This document shows, in pieces, positions 1-10,587 of a stretch of 64,000 bases of DNA. The position numbers were made by a program, and so were the translations under genes. The notes below the pieces were generated by a model that saw nothing but the letters and a program-made list of their open reading frames with translations, did not search any database and was not told where the DNA came from. The stretch lies in NCBI GenBank assembly GCA_040876345.1, contig JBBDPM010000001.1, positions 270,313 through 334,312 on the forward strand, in the 5' to 3' direction. Source of the stretch: Candidatus Woykebacteria bacterium. GTDB lineage: Bacteria; Patescibacteriota; Microgenomatia; Woykebacterales; RBG-16-39-9b. Positions within the stretch are counted from its first letter, which is position 1. Every line of letters starts with the position of its first letter.

Positions 1-975
1 TATGATCAAAATATGTCACCAATTTTCTTTGAAGAACTTTCTATAGCAGAGCCAGATTATAATCTTGAAATTGGTTCTGGTGGCCATGGCGAGCAAACTG
101 GGAAGATGCTTATCGAACTTGAAAAGGTTTTAATCAAAGAAAAGCCGCACATGGTATTAGTTTATGGGGACACAAATTCAACTGCAGCTGGAGCGTTGGC
201 GGCAGCAAAATTGCATATTCCAGTAGCTCACGTTGAGGCGGGACTACGAAGTTACAATCGAACTATGCCAGAGGAAATCAATAGAGTTTTAGCGGACCAC
301 TTATCTGAGTTGCTTATTTGTCCGACTGAGACAGCCGTAAGAAATCTCAAGAAGGAGGGTATTACAAAAGGGGTTTACAATGCAGGAGATGTGATGTATG
401 ACGCGCTGATCGTGAATAGAAAAGTTGCAGAAAACAAATCAAAAATACTCGAAACTATGAACTTAAGACCTAAGACTTATTTATTTGCTACAATTCATCG
501 GGCTGAGAACACAGATGATAAAGGAAATTTAAAAAATATTATTGAAGCTTTCAGACAAAGTAAAGAAATAATTGTATTTCCGGCACATCCGAGAACTCAA
601 AAAATGCTGAAAGAATATAACCTTAAACTATCTTCGAATTTAAAAATAATTGAACCGGTTGGATATTTGGACAGTTTACAACTTCAAACAAATTCCAAAA
701 AGGTTCTAACTGATTCTGGTGGTGTGCAAAAAGAAGCATATATTTTGAAAGTACCTTGCATAACTTTGAGGGAAGAAACTGAATGGGTTGAAACAGTAGA
801 TGATGGTTGGAATGTGCTTGTGGGCGCCGATAAGAAAAAAATTCTTAGGGCAATCGCAGACCTTAATCCGGAAGATAAACAACATACTTATTTTGGTACT
901 GGTAATTCTGCCTCTAGAATAACCAAGATTTTAGTGGATTATTTCAAAGTTATGAGTTTATCGAACCATGAGTAG
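1..975 (+). CDS. wecB: UDP-N-acetylglucosamine 2-epimerase (5'-truncated by window)
   Basis: YDQNMS at window start, VYGDTNS, HVEAGLRS, MPEEINR, TDSGGVQKEA motifs. Confidence 0.95.
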   Translation, partial: YDQNMSPIFFEELSIAEPDYNLEIGSGGHGEQTGKMLIELEKVLIKEKPHMVLVYGDTNSTAAGALAAAKLHIPVAHVEAGLRSYNRTMPEEINRVLADHLSELLICPTETAVRNLKKEGITKGVYNAGDVMYDALIVNRKVAENKSKILETMNLRPKTYLFATIHRAENTDDKGNLKNIIEAFRQSKEIIVFPAHPRTQKMLKEYNLKLSSNLKIIEPVGYLDSLQLQTNSKKVLTDSGGVQKEAYILKVPCITLREETEWVETVDDGWNVLVGADKKKILRAIADLNPEDKQHTYFGTGNSASRITKILVDYFKVMSLSNHE

Positions 976-2002
976 AATACTTTTTTTATCAATGTATCCA
1001 CTTCAAGTGTTAGACAGCGCGCCCAAAGTGCGTTCTTTTTTTCTACATCAGGAGCTTAACAAAATTGAAAAGACAGATTTAATATCGGGTACTAGGTGGA
1101 AAAGAACACTAAAATTGGGTAAATATATTTTTAATGGTAACTTTTCTAAACTAAGATTTATTTATGTTGAGAGTTCAACTACTATTGGTTCACCGTTAGA
1201 GCTTTTTTTTCTTTTTGTCTCTAAAGTGTTGAACAAAAAGATCTTTATGTACATTCGTGATGCTTACCCCTTATTTCCTGAAGAATTCCCAGTCGGTAAT
1301 ATTAAAACCCAGTTGTTATATTGGGGTTGGAAAGTTTCAATAAGTGTTTATAAATCTGTAGGCACAAAGTTACTTTTTCCGACAAGAGAGTTGGCAAATT
1401 TGTTTAAACTGTCAAAAAGTAAAATAGGTTTATTACCGCCTGGAGCGAATGTTTTTAAATCTGTATCAATTCCAATGCTGTCCCATAAAATAGGCTATCT
1501 AGGAGAGCTTTCTTCCCAGACCGGATACGAACTAATGATTGAGGCTCTTAAAAAGGTTCGTAAACAGTTTTCAGACGCCCAGTTAATTATAGTTACCAGG
1601 AGAGATGAGGTAAAAAATATTAAGGAAGATTTTTTTGAGTATCGCTTTGCGCAGGCCCAAGATATTGATAAAGTATTATCTGATTGTTCTATATGTTTAA
1701 TAGCACGGCCCATCAAGGGATACAATTTATTAACCCTACCCGTAAAATTATTTGATTACATGGCTTTGGGTAAGGCAGTAGTAACCACAGATTTGCCCGC
1801 GGTTGCTAAAATTGTTGAGGCTGAAGGTATTGGGCTTATCGCGGAGGACAGCGCTGAGAATATTGCTAATAAAATAATTGCACTTCTTAAGGACCAGAAT
1901 AGACTAAAGGAAGCCCAAGAGAATGCTTTTAAGGCGATAAGAGATAAACACTCCTGGGCTCACAGGGCAAAGGACTTATACCAAATTTTGAACAATGCTT
2001 AA
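968..2002 (+). CDS. Glycosyltransferase family 4
   Basis: C-terminal PVKLFDYMALGKAVV GT-B motif; polysaccharide cluster context. Confidence 0.85.
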   Translation: MSRILFLSMYPLQVLDSAPKVRSFFLHQELNKIEKTDLISGTRWKRTLKLGKYIFNGNFSKLRFIYVESSTTIGSPLELFFLFVSKVLNKKIFMYIRDAYPLFPEEFPVGNIKTQLLYWGWKVSISVYKSVGTKLLFPTRELANLFKLSKSKIGLLPPGANVFKSVSIPMLSHKIGYLGELSSQTGYELMIEALKKVRKQFSDAQLIIVTRRDEVKNIKEDFFEYRFAQAQDIDKVLSDCSICLIARPIKGYNLLTLPVKLFDYMALGKAVVTTDLPAVAKIVEAEGIGLIAEDSAENIANKIIALLKDQNRLKEAQENAFKAIRDKHSWAHRAKDLYQILNNA

Positions 2003-3401
2003 ACTTAGAAACTTAACAAGCGTTTTGAAGAATCCGATTAGTTTAATACTAATTTATATAGTTCTCTGTGGAATTGTTAACGCACGGTTTATAAAATTCA
2101 ATGATCAAGCAAAAGATATAGCTCTGGTAGCCTTTCTGCTAATTACATTATTGATCTACATAATCTACAGTTGTAGGCTGAAGTTCTCAGCCTTTCTCCA
2201 TAAAGTTTTTACTTGGCCAAACCGGATAATTTTGGCCTATCTTACTTGGTCTTTAATTACCCTAGGCTTTGCGATTGATAAAAAGATAACGCTTTTTTAT
2301 ATGATTGGTGGTTTTTTGGTTTTTCTGACCAGTTTTGTTCTAACCAAAGATTTGGTTAACAAGGATAATTTTAAGAAAATTCTATATGCGGTTGGAGCTA
2401 CAGGGCTGATCTCTGTACTATATGTTTTAGGTACAATTATTTTAGGAATCACTAGTCCAGACTTTGACCCGGCTTTTGCTAGAGTTAATCTGGTTATTGG
2501 TTCTTATACAATATATAACCTTCCTTTTTTATTTTCATACTTTGAGCATCCCAACACTCTTGGTATAGCGCTATTTTTTTCAATATCCAGTTTTCTTACT
2601 CTAGCTCTTTTGGAAAAAAATAAAATCTTGAGGATGATGCTGTATTTATTTAGCATTTTGTTAGTGCTTGGTCTTGTTTTAACTTTTTCTAGGGCGTCAA
2701 TTTTAGCTACGTCTGTATTTGGTTTACTAATAGGTTATCAAGCCTTGAGAAAGAGTAATTACCTAATACCAGTTTTTTCGACATTTTTAATTTTAGTAAC
2801 TATATTAGCCACGCTTGGCGCCTATCAAATATTTTTAGTTAAGGAAAAATCAATGGTGAACACGAATAAAAGTAAGTCATTGGTTAAAACGGAAAATCGA
2901 TGGGAAATAAAAAAACTATCAGACGAAGTTAACTTTCAAAAACCAGAGTCTGGTAGGAAGGTAGTTAAAAGTGGGCTAACAAGTAGAGGGGTACTCTGGC
3001 GAAGCGCAGTTGAATATATAATGGGAAATCCTTTAGTAGGCGCAGGATTTGGAAATTCAGAAAAAGCAATTGAGAGTAAAATTATCCCTAATAATGAAAA
3101 TTTGGTTGGACTAACGCCGCACAATACTTATTTGAGGGTCGGTGTAGAATCTGGTGTTACTGGATTGATTTTATACCTAACAATTATGTTTTATTTCTTT
3201 AAGTCCTTTTTCATAAGGCTTAGAAGATTAAGTGTAGAGGAATTTGCCACTTTATCAATTGTGGTTAGTTATCTGGTATTACAATTTTTTGAAGCAAATT
3301 TTCTTTTTGGTACTGGATTTAAAAGTTTTTATTTATTAATATTTCTAGCTGCTGGTTTTGCTTTTATTAACTCTAAGACCTATGAAAATATTAATAATTA
3401 G
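1995..3401 (+). CDS. O-antigen ligase/polymerase (Wzy_C/WaaL-like) membrane protein
   Basis: Many TM segments; FEHPN, TFSRAS, RGVLW...GAGFG and PHNTYL motifs. Confidence 0.8.
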   Translation: MLKLRNLTSVLKNPISLILIYIVLCGIVNARFIKFNDQAKDIALVAFLLITLLIYIIYSCRLKFSAFLHKVFTWPNRIILAYLTWSLITLGFAIDKKITLFYMIGGFLVFLTSFVLTKDLVNKDNFKKILYAVGATGLISVLYVLGTIILGITSPDFDPAFARVNLVIGSYTIYNLPFLFSYFEHPNTLGIALFFSISSFLTLALLEKNKILRMMLYLFSILLVLGLVLTFSRASILATSVFGLLIGYQALRKSNYLIPVFSTFLILVTILATLGAYQIFLVKEKSMVNTNKSKSLVKTENRWEIKKLSDEVNFQKPESGRKVVKSGLTSRGVLWRSAVEYIMGNPLVGAGFGNSEKAIESKIIPNNENLVGLTPHNTYLRVGVESGVTGLILYLTIMFYFFKSFFIRLRRLSVEEFATLSIVVSYLVLQFFEANFLFGTGFKSFYLLIFLAAGFAFINSKTYENINN

Positions 3402-4620
3402 CCAATATTTTTATCCTGAATCTGGAGCCGGTAGTTCACGGGCCTACTTCTTTGCTAAATACCTGACGGAACTTGGTCATAGCATTAAAGTTCTTTGCGC
3501 TACTCCAAATTACCCCAGTGGAGAAGTGTACAAGGGTTACAAAAACAGCTGGAGAAATAAAGAAAATCTAAGTGGTATAAACGTTATAAGAACTCTGGTG
3601 TATCCAGCAAGATATTCGGGTTTTGCAAAGAGATTTTTCAACTATGCATCTTTTACTTTCTCCTCATCAGCTGAACTTCTAAGAGGAGAAGATTTTGACG
3701 TGATCTTAGTTAGTTCTCCGCCGATCTCCGTTTTTTTAGTTGGACTATTGGCCCGCAATGTTAAAAAAACACCCCTGGTTTTAGATGTGAGAGACGTGTG
3801 GCCAGGGGCGGCCGTAGCGACAGGAAACCTGAAAACTAAATGGGTTGTAAAGGCGTTGGAGACTCTTGAGAAATTATCATACAAAAAAGCCAATAAAATT
3901 GTGACGGTGAATGAAGAAACGAAAGGTATATTGCTAGAAAATAATGATTTTCTAGAAAAAGAAAATGTAGAAGTAGTGTTTAATGGGGTTGATTTGGAGC
4001 TGTTTAAACAAATTCCCAAACACTCTATTAAAACAAAAAATACAGTTACGCTCTCAATTGTTTACACAGGTACTATTGGTGAGCAGCACAGTTTCTCAAC
4101 TTTCTTAGAGACTTTATCAATGTTAAATAAAAAGGCTAAAAATGTAAAATTTAGCGTCATCGGGGAAGGCTCAAAGAGAGATTACTTTATCGAGGCTATT
4201 GATGAAAAGAAACTCAGCAATATCTCCTTTCGTAGAGACTTAAAGTACCGGGATATACCTTCACTTCTTAACAACTATGACTTGGGTTTAGCGCTTTTGC
4301 GAAGCAATAAGTATTTAGACTCAGCTTATCCGGTAAAGACATTTGATTATATGGCAGCTGGAAAGCCCGTATTAGTCAGTGGTGGTCTTGCGATGAGGAA
4401 GTTAGTAGAAGAGAACAAAATAGGTTTTTGGGTACCAGCAGAGGACCCGAAAGCACTAGCCTCTAAAGTTATTGAAATTTCCAGACTGCCAAGAAACAAG
4501 CTTTGGGAAATGGGGGAGCGGGGCAGAAAATTAGTAGAGGAGAGGTTTAATCGAGCAGAGCAGGCAAAAAAATTGGAAAAAATATTGGAGGACGTGGTTC
4601 AAAGTGAAAATCGTTCTTGA
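3382..4620 (+). CDS. Glycosyltransferase family 4 (WbuB-like)
   Basis: MKILIISQYFYPE, PNYPSG, DVRDVWP, PVKTFDYMAAGKPV; start moved to ATG 3382. Confidence 0.85.
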   Translation: MKILIISQYFYPESGAGSSRAYFFAKYLTELGHSIKVLCATPNYPSGEVYKGYKNSWRNKENLSGINVIRTLVYPARYSGFAKRFFNYASFTFSSSAELLRGEDFDVILVSSPPISVFLVGLLARNVKKTPLVLDVRDVWPGAAVATGNLKTKWVVKALETLEKLSYKKANKIVTVNEETKGILLENNDFLEKENVEVVFNGVDLELFKQIPKHSIKTKNTVTLSIVYTGTIGEQHSFSTFLETLSMLNKKAKNVKFSVIGEGSKRDYFIEAIDEKKLSNISFRRDLKYRDIPSLLNNYDLGLALLRSNKYLDSAYPVKTFDYMAAGKPVLVSGGLAMRKLVEENKIGFWVPAEDPKALASKVIEISRLPRNKLWEMGERGRKLVEERFNRAEQAKKLEKILEDVVQSENRS

Positions 4621-5728
4621 CGCTAGGTTTTTTGGAGCTGATGGTGGGGGAATTGGTAGATATACTGATAATCTTCTTTCAAATCTCTCTGAAATAGACA
4701 AGAAAAACGAATATGTAGTAATTTTACGAAAATCAAATTTTCATTTATTTAATCCTGTCGGTGATAATTTTAAAAAAATCTTAATAGATGCCCATTGGTA
4801 TTCCATCAAGGAGCAGATTTTACTCCCACTAATCCTTTATAAAGAAAAACCAGATTTGGTTCATTTCCCCCATTTCAATATTCCCGTTTTATGGAACGGT
4901 AAGTTTGTAGTGACAGTTCATGACCTAATCTTTAGTAGGTTTGGGCAGGCGATTTCTCAAAGTAAGGTTTATCCATTGAAAAAAACGCTTTATGAACTTA
5001 TTTTAAAAAAAGGAGTATCGAGAGCAGAAAAAATTATGGTTCCATCAAGTTCGGTACGCAAAGAGTTGTTAAAAAAGTTCAAAGTACCTGGAGAAAAAGT
5101 TGTGGTAGCTTATGAAGGGGCAGAAGAAGTTTTTACAAAATATGGAGAAAAAGATCTGTCAGAAGGGGAAAAGAAAAAAGTTTTGGCAACCTACGGAATC
5201 AAAGAACCTTTTATTATTACAGTTGGAAACTCCTATCCGTATAAGAATGTTGGAAGAGTTTTGGAAGCACTTGAGAATCTTCCTGGAAACTTAAATCTCG
5301 TCCATGTGACTAAAAGAGATACTTTTAGCATGGACCTTATAGATCAAGCTAAAAATCTTAATTTGAGCAAAAGGCTTATCATAACTGGCCATATATCTGA
5401 TGAAGACCTCGCTTCTTTGTATAATCTATCTGAGGCTTTTGTTTTCCCATCAATTTCAGAGGGTTTTGGTTTGCCGGGGCTTGAGGCGATGGCAGCTGGC
5501 GCCCCAGTCATTTGTTCGGATATTGTGGTCTTTAGAGAAGTTTACGGCGAAGGAGCTTTGTATTTTAACCCAAATAAACCAGTTGAAATTTCCGAAAAAG
5601 TATCTCTCATACTTCATGACTCGAAACTCAAGGTAGAGATGATAAAGAAAGGTTTTCTAGAAGTGGAAAAATATTCTTGGCGGAAAATGGCGCAACAGAC
5701 GTTAGATGTATATAATACTATTTTATGA
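4604..5728 (+). CDS. Glycosyltransferase family 4 (mannosyltransferase-like)
   Basis: GGIGRY, HFPHFN, FPSISEGFGLPGLEAMAAG. Confidence 0.9.
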   Translation: MKIVLDARFFGADGGGIGRYTDNLLSNLSEIDKKNEYVVILRKSNFHLFNPVGDNFKKILIDAHWYSIKEQILLPLILYKEKPDLVHFPHFNIPVLWNGKFVVTVHDLIFSRFGQAISQSKVYPLKKTLYELILKKGVSRAEKIMVPSSSVRKELLKKFKVPGEKVVVAYEGAEEVFTKYGEKDLSEGEKKKVLATYGIKEPFIITVGNSYPYKNVGRVLEALENLPGNLNLVHVTKRDTFSMDLIDQAKNLNLSKRLIITGHISDEDLASLYNLSEAFVFPSISEGFGLPGLEAMAAGAPVICSDIVVFREVYGEGALYFNPNKPVEISEKVSLILHDSKLKVEMIKKGFLEVEKYSWRKMAQQTLDVYNTIL

Positions 5729-6840
5729 AGGTTAGTTTGGTGCATGATTACCTACGCGAATATGGTGGGGCGGAAAAAGTTCTAGAAGTACTTAATGAAG
5801 TTTGGAAAGATGCTCCTATTTACACCGCAACCTATGAACAAGATCTAATGGAAAAGTCTGGTCTTGAGGTTCCACCACCCTTAGTTCACACTGCTTTTAC
5901 TCAATTTTTACCTTTTCGTTATCAACTCCGAAAACATTATTTTTTCCTTTACCCGCTCGCATTTCGATCACTGAATTTGGACTCCGATGTGATTTTAAGC
6001 TCATGTTCATACGCGGCAAAATTTATCAACAAAAAAAGGAGTCTTCATATTTGTTATTTACATTCAGTGCCAAAATTTTTGTGGGGTTATGAGACGGAAA
6101 CTCCAAGTCTAGAAACTATCTTTATCGATAATTATTTAAAGCCAATTTACAAAGGAATTTTACCTCAAATGAAAAGAATTTTAAGGAAAATGGACTTTGA
6201 GGCCGCCCAAAAGGTCGATTTTTTCGTGGCAAATTCTCTAATCACTCAAGAAAGAATTAAAAAACACTATGGTCTATCTTCCAAAGTAATTTACCCACCA
6301 GTGGATATAAACGAGTTTGGTGGAGAGGTGGTGGATAAAGGATATTTTTTGGTTATAAGTAGGTTGAGTAAGTTCAAAAAGATTGAGATTGCAGCAGAGG
6401 CGTTTAATAAATTTAATAAGCCATTGAAAATAGTGGGCGATGGTCAAGAGTCTGCGAACCTTAAAAGGCTATCCAACTCAAATATTGAGTTTCTTGGTAG
6501 AGTTTCGCGGGAAAGGATCTCTGAACTTTTGCTAGAATGCACTGCTTTAGTATTTCCAACAGACGAAGATTTTGGGATAGTGCCAGTTGAAGCAATGGCG
6601 GCGGGAAAACCAGTTATTGCCTTTAGAGGTGGTGGAGCGTTGGAAACTGTGGTTGAAGGTAAAACCGGAAAGTTTTTTGATTATCAGACCAGCCAAAGTC
6701 TACTTAAAGTCTTAAAAGAGTTTGATCCGTCGCGTTATAATGCAAGGGATTGCAGAGAACAGGCAAAAAGATTTTCAAAGGAAAGATTTAAAAAGGAAAT
6801 CAAAGTTTTTTTAGAAGGAGCTTGGAAGAATAGAACATGA
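5725..6840 (+). CDS. Glycosyltransferase family 4
   Basis: HDYLREYGGAEKV, EDFGIVPVEAMAAGKPV. Confidence 0.9.
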   Translation: MKVSLVHDYLREYGGAEKVLEVLNEVWKDAPIYTATYEQDLMEKSGLEVPPPLVHTAFTQFLPFRYQLRKHYFFLYPLAFRSLNLDSDVILSSCSYAAKFINKKRSLHICYLHSVPKFLWGYETETPSLETIFIDNYLKPIYKGILPQMKRILRKMDFEAAQKVDFFVANSLITQERIKKHYGLSSKVIYPPVDINEFGGEVVDKGYFLVISRLSKFKKIEIAAEAFNKFNKPLKIVGDGQESANLKRLSNSNIEFLGRVSRERISELLLECTALVFPTDEDFGIVPVEAMAAGKPVIAFRGGGALETVVEGKTGKFFDYQTSQSLLKVLKEFDPSRYNARDCREQAKRFSKERFKKEIKVFLEGAWKNRT

Positions 6841-7916
6841 AAATTTGTGTTTTTTGTGGAGGGGTGGGCACTAGGATGTGGCCTTTGTCCCGGAAAAAAT
6901 TACCTAAGCAGTTTCAGCCCTTAATAGGGAATAAATCTCCTTTTCAGTTTATGATTGGTATGCTTTCTAAAGGATTTAAGTTGGAGGATATTTACGTAGT
7001 TTCTGGAAAAGAGTACGAAGACCTAGTTAAAAACCAAGTCCCGGCTCTTCCTTCAAGCAATATTATTTTAGAGCCTGAGATGCGAGATACCTTGGCGGCT
7101 GTTGGGCTTGCTGCCTCCATTCTTGAAAAAAAATTTCCCGGGGAAACTATGGCAACAATTTGGGGAGCAGATCACGTTGTAAAAAACGAGAAAGAATTTA
7201 TAAAAGCTCTAAAAGCAGCGGAAAATTTGGCTAAAGATAAACCGGTGATTGTGAAAATAGATGTTCGACCATCTTCCCCAAATGTTCATTTGGGTTATAT
7301 AAAGATAGGAAAAAAAATAGGAGAAACTTCCGGTTTTGAAATCCACGAGTTTATAAAGCATATTGAAAAACCTCCCCTTACAAAAGCTGCTGAATTTTTG
7401 AAGAAAGGATACTACCTTTGGAATACTGGTTACTTGGTTTGGAAAATATCGACAATTATGAATTTATACGAGAAACATACACCAGGGGTGTTCCGTATTA
7501 TAAAGAAGATTCAAAAAGAATTCGACAACGGTGGATCAGATATCTCTAATGATTTTAATAAAATACCCAAAATTTCAATTGATTACGGTCTTTTTGAGAA
7601 ACTGAAAAAAGGAGATCAGCTAGTTTTACTTTCAGATCTAGGCTGGTCTGATATTGGAGCTTGGGATGCCTTGAAAGAAGCACTAACAAAAGGCAATCGG
7701 GAAAACCTAATAAATGTATCTCATGAGATAATCGATACAGAAAACTCTTTCATAAAAGTTAAAGACAAGAACAAATTTGTTGCAACGGTCGGTTTGAAAG
7801 ATATGATTGTTATCGATGATGGGGATGTTCTTTTAATTTGCCCGAAAGATAGAACTTCTGAGATTAAAAATATAGTTGAAAAACTAAAGATGGGTAAGAA
7901 AGAAAAGTATCTCTAG
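6837..7916 (+). CDS. manC: Mannose-1-phosphate guanylyltransferase
   Basis: GGVGTRMWPLSR..PKQF, ADH, EKP, WNTG, SIDY, GWSDIGAW. Confidence 0.9.
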   Translation: MKICVFCGGVGTRMWPLSRKKLPKQFQPLIGNKSPFQFMIGMLSKGFKLEDIYVVSGKEYEDLVKNQVPALPSSNIILEPEMRDTLAAVGLAASILEKKFPGETMATIWGADHVVKNEKEFIKALKAAENLAKDKPVIVKIDVRPSSPNVHLGYIKIGKKIGETSGFEIHEFIKHIEKPPLTKAAEFLKKGYYLWNTGYLVWKISTIMNLYEKHTPGVFRIIKKIQKEFDNGGSDISNDFNKIPKISIDYGLFEKLKKGDQLVLLSDLGWSDIGAWDALKEALTKGNRENLINVSHEIIDTENSFIKVKDKNKFVATVGLKDMIVIDDGDVLLICPKDRTSEIKNIVEKLKMGKKEKYL

Positions 7917-8003
7917 TTTCTGCAAGTTTAATTTATGGTATAATTTGGACAAGGCAAAGGCAGCAATAAAATTTGGTTCCTTTGTCCTTTTTTAGTCCTT
8001 GGA

Positions 8004-8642
8004 ATGTTGTATAAATTTTTAAAGAGAACTCTAGACTTGGGTGGAGCAATTTTTGGTTTATTATTTTTTTCTCCTATTTTTTTAGTTACCGCAGTTGCTA
8101 TAAAGCTCGATTCAAGAGGACCAGTTTTGGTAGAGAAATCAGATCGAGTTGGTGAAGAAGGCAAAATATTCAGAATGTATAAATTTCGTTCCATGGTGGC
8201 AGATGCACATGTTAAAATTAAAAAAGATCCTAGGTATAAAGATCTATATAAAAAATTTGAAAAGAACAATTTTAAGTTGGAAAATGACCCAAGAATTACC
8301 CAGGTTGGAGATTTTATAAGAAAAACTAGCATTGATGAGTTGCCTCAGTTTTTTAATGTTTTGGTAGGCAACATGAGTTTGGTAGGACCTAGAGCTTTGT
8401 ATCCAGAGGAGCTTGCGATTCGCAGAGACGAAAACCAGGATCTTTCAGATCAGATAGATGTTGCACTCAGTGTAAAGCCAGGTTTAACAGGGCCTTGGCA
8501 AGTTTCTGGTAGAGCAGAGCTCGATTTTAGGGAGAGAATCAAACTGGATTCAGAGTATGCTGGGAAAAAGTCGATTGTTTACGATTTTTCCGTATTAGTT
8601 AAGACAGTACCGGCTGTTATAAAAGGGAAAGGGGCTCAGTAA
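8004..8642 (+). CDS. Priming sugar (phospho)transferase, Bac_transf family
   Basis: KFRSM, DPRIT, RKTSIDELPQ, GNMSLVGPR, KPGLTGPWQVSGR. Confidence 0.92.
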   Translation: MLYKFLKRTLDLGGAIFGLLFFSPIFLVTAVAIKLDSRGPVLVEKSDRVGEEGKIFRMYKFRSMVADAHVKIKKDPRYKDLYKKFEKNNFKLENDPRITQVGDFIRKTSIDELPQFFNVLVGNMSLVGPRALYPEELAIRRDENQDLSDQIDVALSVKPGLTGPWQVSGRAELDFRERIKLDSEYAGKKSIVYDFSVLVKTVPAVIKGKGAQ

Positions 8643-10534
8643 TGGGTATTTCTGAATTAAACATCGAGGGTGATAAAGTTGCCAAAAAGTCAAAACACAC
8701 TCTTTTGAAAAGATTAGCTATTATTTTTGGTGTTCTTTTTGTTTTAATCTTAGGGGCTGCGTCATATGTGGGACTTTATGTTGTTCCAAACGTAAAAGCC
8801 TTTCAGGTAAGTATCGAAGGTTCCTATGAAAAAGCTAAAAAAATTCAAAAAGCAGCTGAGGCAGAAGACATACCAAAGGTTAAGGAGGAAGCGACCAATC
8901 TAAAAGAGAGTTTGAATGAATTAAAGAATAATTTGGAAAAGTTTAGCTTTGCCCGCTTTGTGCCTATAGCAGGTGGTTACTATAATGATGCAAACCATCT
9001 TTTAGTAGCTGGAGTTGCCGCCGCCGAAGCTGGTGAAATCGCAGCTGATGGTATTTTGCCTTTTTCAGATGTGCTTGGTCTGAAGGGCCACAAAACAAAA
9101 ACTACAGCCAAAGAAAAAACTCAATTTATAGTAAAGAAGGTAGTTCCGTCGTTAGTCCCCTTACTCGGGGAGTTGGAGGGTAAAATAAATGTTATTGATG
9201 AAGAGCTAAACCAAGTAAACCCGGATAGATATCCAGCCTCTTTTAAAATAAAAGAATTTTCAGTTCGGCAAGGTCTAACTGATGCTAAAGGAAATGTCCA
9301 TCACGTAAGAAACTTTTTGCCGGACATAAAGTTAATTGTCAACACTTTGCCATCCATCTTGGGTGAGCCAAAGGAAAAAACTTACCTAGTTCTTTTTCAG
9401 AATGATAAAGAAATTCGAGCCACCGGTGGGTTCATAACCGCTTACGCTGTGGCTAAAGTCAGGGCTGGAGAACTTGTGGACATTGAAAGCGATGATATTT
9501 ACAAACTGGATAGAAAGTTTTCACCGAAAGAAGCACCGCCAGAACCTCTACGAAAATATTTGATATTAAAAATATTTCCTATCAGAGATTCTAATCTTTC
9601 CCCAGATTTCAAAACTTCCGCTGAGAAGTTCGAAAGCTTTTACAAGACAATTCCCGCTGTCTCCAAAGTTGACGGTATACTTGCCCTGGATACAGAATTT
9701 GTTAGAGCCTTTATGGAGATAACTGGCCCAATTAAGGTTGAAAAGCTTGGAGATACATTCTCAGCCAAGAATAATGAGTATGGTATATCGGATGTGGTGT
9801 ACAAACTTGAGCTTTACGCCGAAACGGTATTTAAGGGAAGTTCCGAGCGAAAAAGTTTTATTGGAGATCTGATGGACGCTCTTATCGACAAGGTTTTGAA
9901 TGCCAAGCCTGAGCAATTTGAGCCGTTGTTTAACACATTTTTGGAACAAGCCAATGAAAAGCACATCCTCTTTTATTTCCACGACGAGAGTGCTCAGAAA
10001 ATAGTGGAAAAGTTTAATTTTGCTGGGAGAATTAAAGACTACGACGGAGATTACTTACATGTAAACAATTCTAATTTTGCAGGGCTCAAGGCTAACCTAT
10101 TCATAACCCAGACTATCGAGCAGGATATTATTACGTCTTCGGATGGGACGATAACAAAGAAAGTTAAGGTGACCCTTAACAACCCAAATAATAAGTTGCT
10201 TGGTTGGTTGAATTCTTACTATCGAAATTGGATGAGGGTTTATGTCCCTAAGAATAGCAAACTAATAAATAAAGAAGTTCAGACTGATTTCAAGGAAAGT
10301 GCAGATTTGGATAAGAAGGTTTTTGAAGGTTTTACCGTTACGCCACCACTGGGAAACTCCGTAACGATCTTTACTTACGAGCTTCCTTTTAAAATAAAGC
10401 CGGGTGATGAGTACAAAATGCTCCTTCAAAGACAACCTGGAATGGACGCTACGAAGATGATTATTCGCCTGAATGGTAAAGAGGTAGAAAAATTTAACCT
10501 TTTGAACGATAAAGAGATAAAAATTAAGTTGTAA
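8642..10534 (+). CDS. Membrane-anchored DUF4012-like protein
   Basis: N-terminal TM; YLVLFQNDKEIRATGGFI, RDSNLSPDF, DGILALD motifs. Confidence 0.7.
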   Translation: MGISELNIEGDKVAKKSKHTLLKRLAIIFGVLFVLILGAASYVGLYVVPNVKAFQVSIEGSYEKAKKIQKAAEAEDIPKVKEEATNLKESLNELKNNLEKFSFARFVPIAGGYYNDANHLLVAGVAAAEAGEIAADGILPFSDVLGLKGHKTKTTAKEKTQFIVKKVVPSLVPLLGELEGKINVIDEELNQVNPDRYPASFKIKEFSVRQGLTDAKGNVHHVRNFLPDIKLIVNTLPSILGEPKEKTYLVLFQNDKEIRATGGFITAYAVAKVRAGELVDIESDDIYKLDRKFSPKEAPPEPLRKYLILKIFPIRDSNLSPDFKTSAEKFESFYKTIPAVSKVDGILALDTEFVRAFMEITGPIKVEKLGDTFSAKNNEYGISDVVYKLELYAETVFKGSSERKSFIGDLMDALIDKVLNAKPEQFEPLFNTFLEQANEKHILFYFHDESAQKIVEKFNFAGRIKDYDGDYLHVNNSNFAGLKANLFITQTIEQDIITSSDGTITKKVKVTLNNPNNKLLGWLNSYYRNWMRVYVPKNSKLINKEVQTDFKESADLDKKVFEGFTVTPPLGNSVTIFTYELPFKIKPGDEYKMLLQRQPGMDATKMIIRLNGKEVEKFNLLNDKEIKIKL

Positions 10535-10587
10535 GTCGCTTCGTGCTTTGAGTCTGTGAGACTAACGATTATTCGTAACCAAATAAG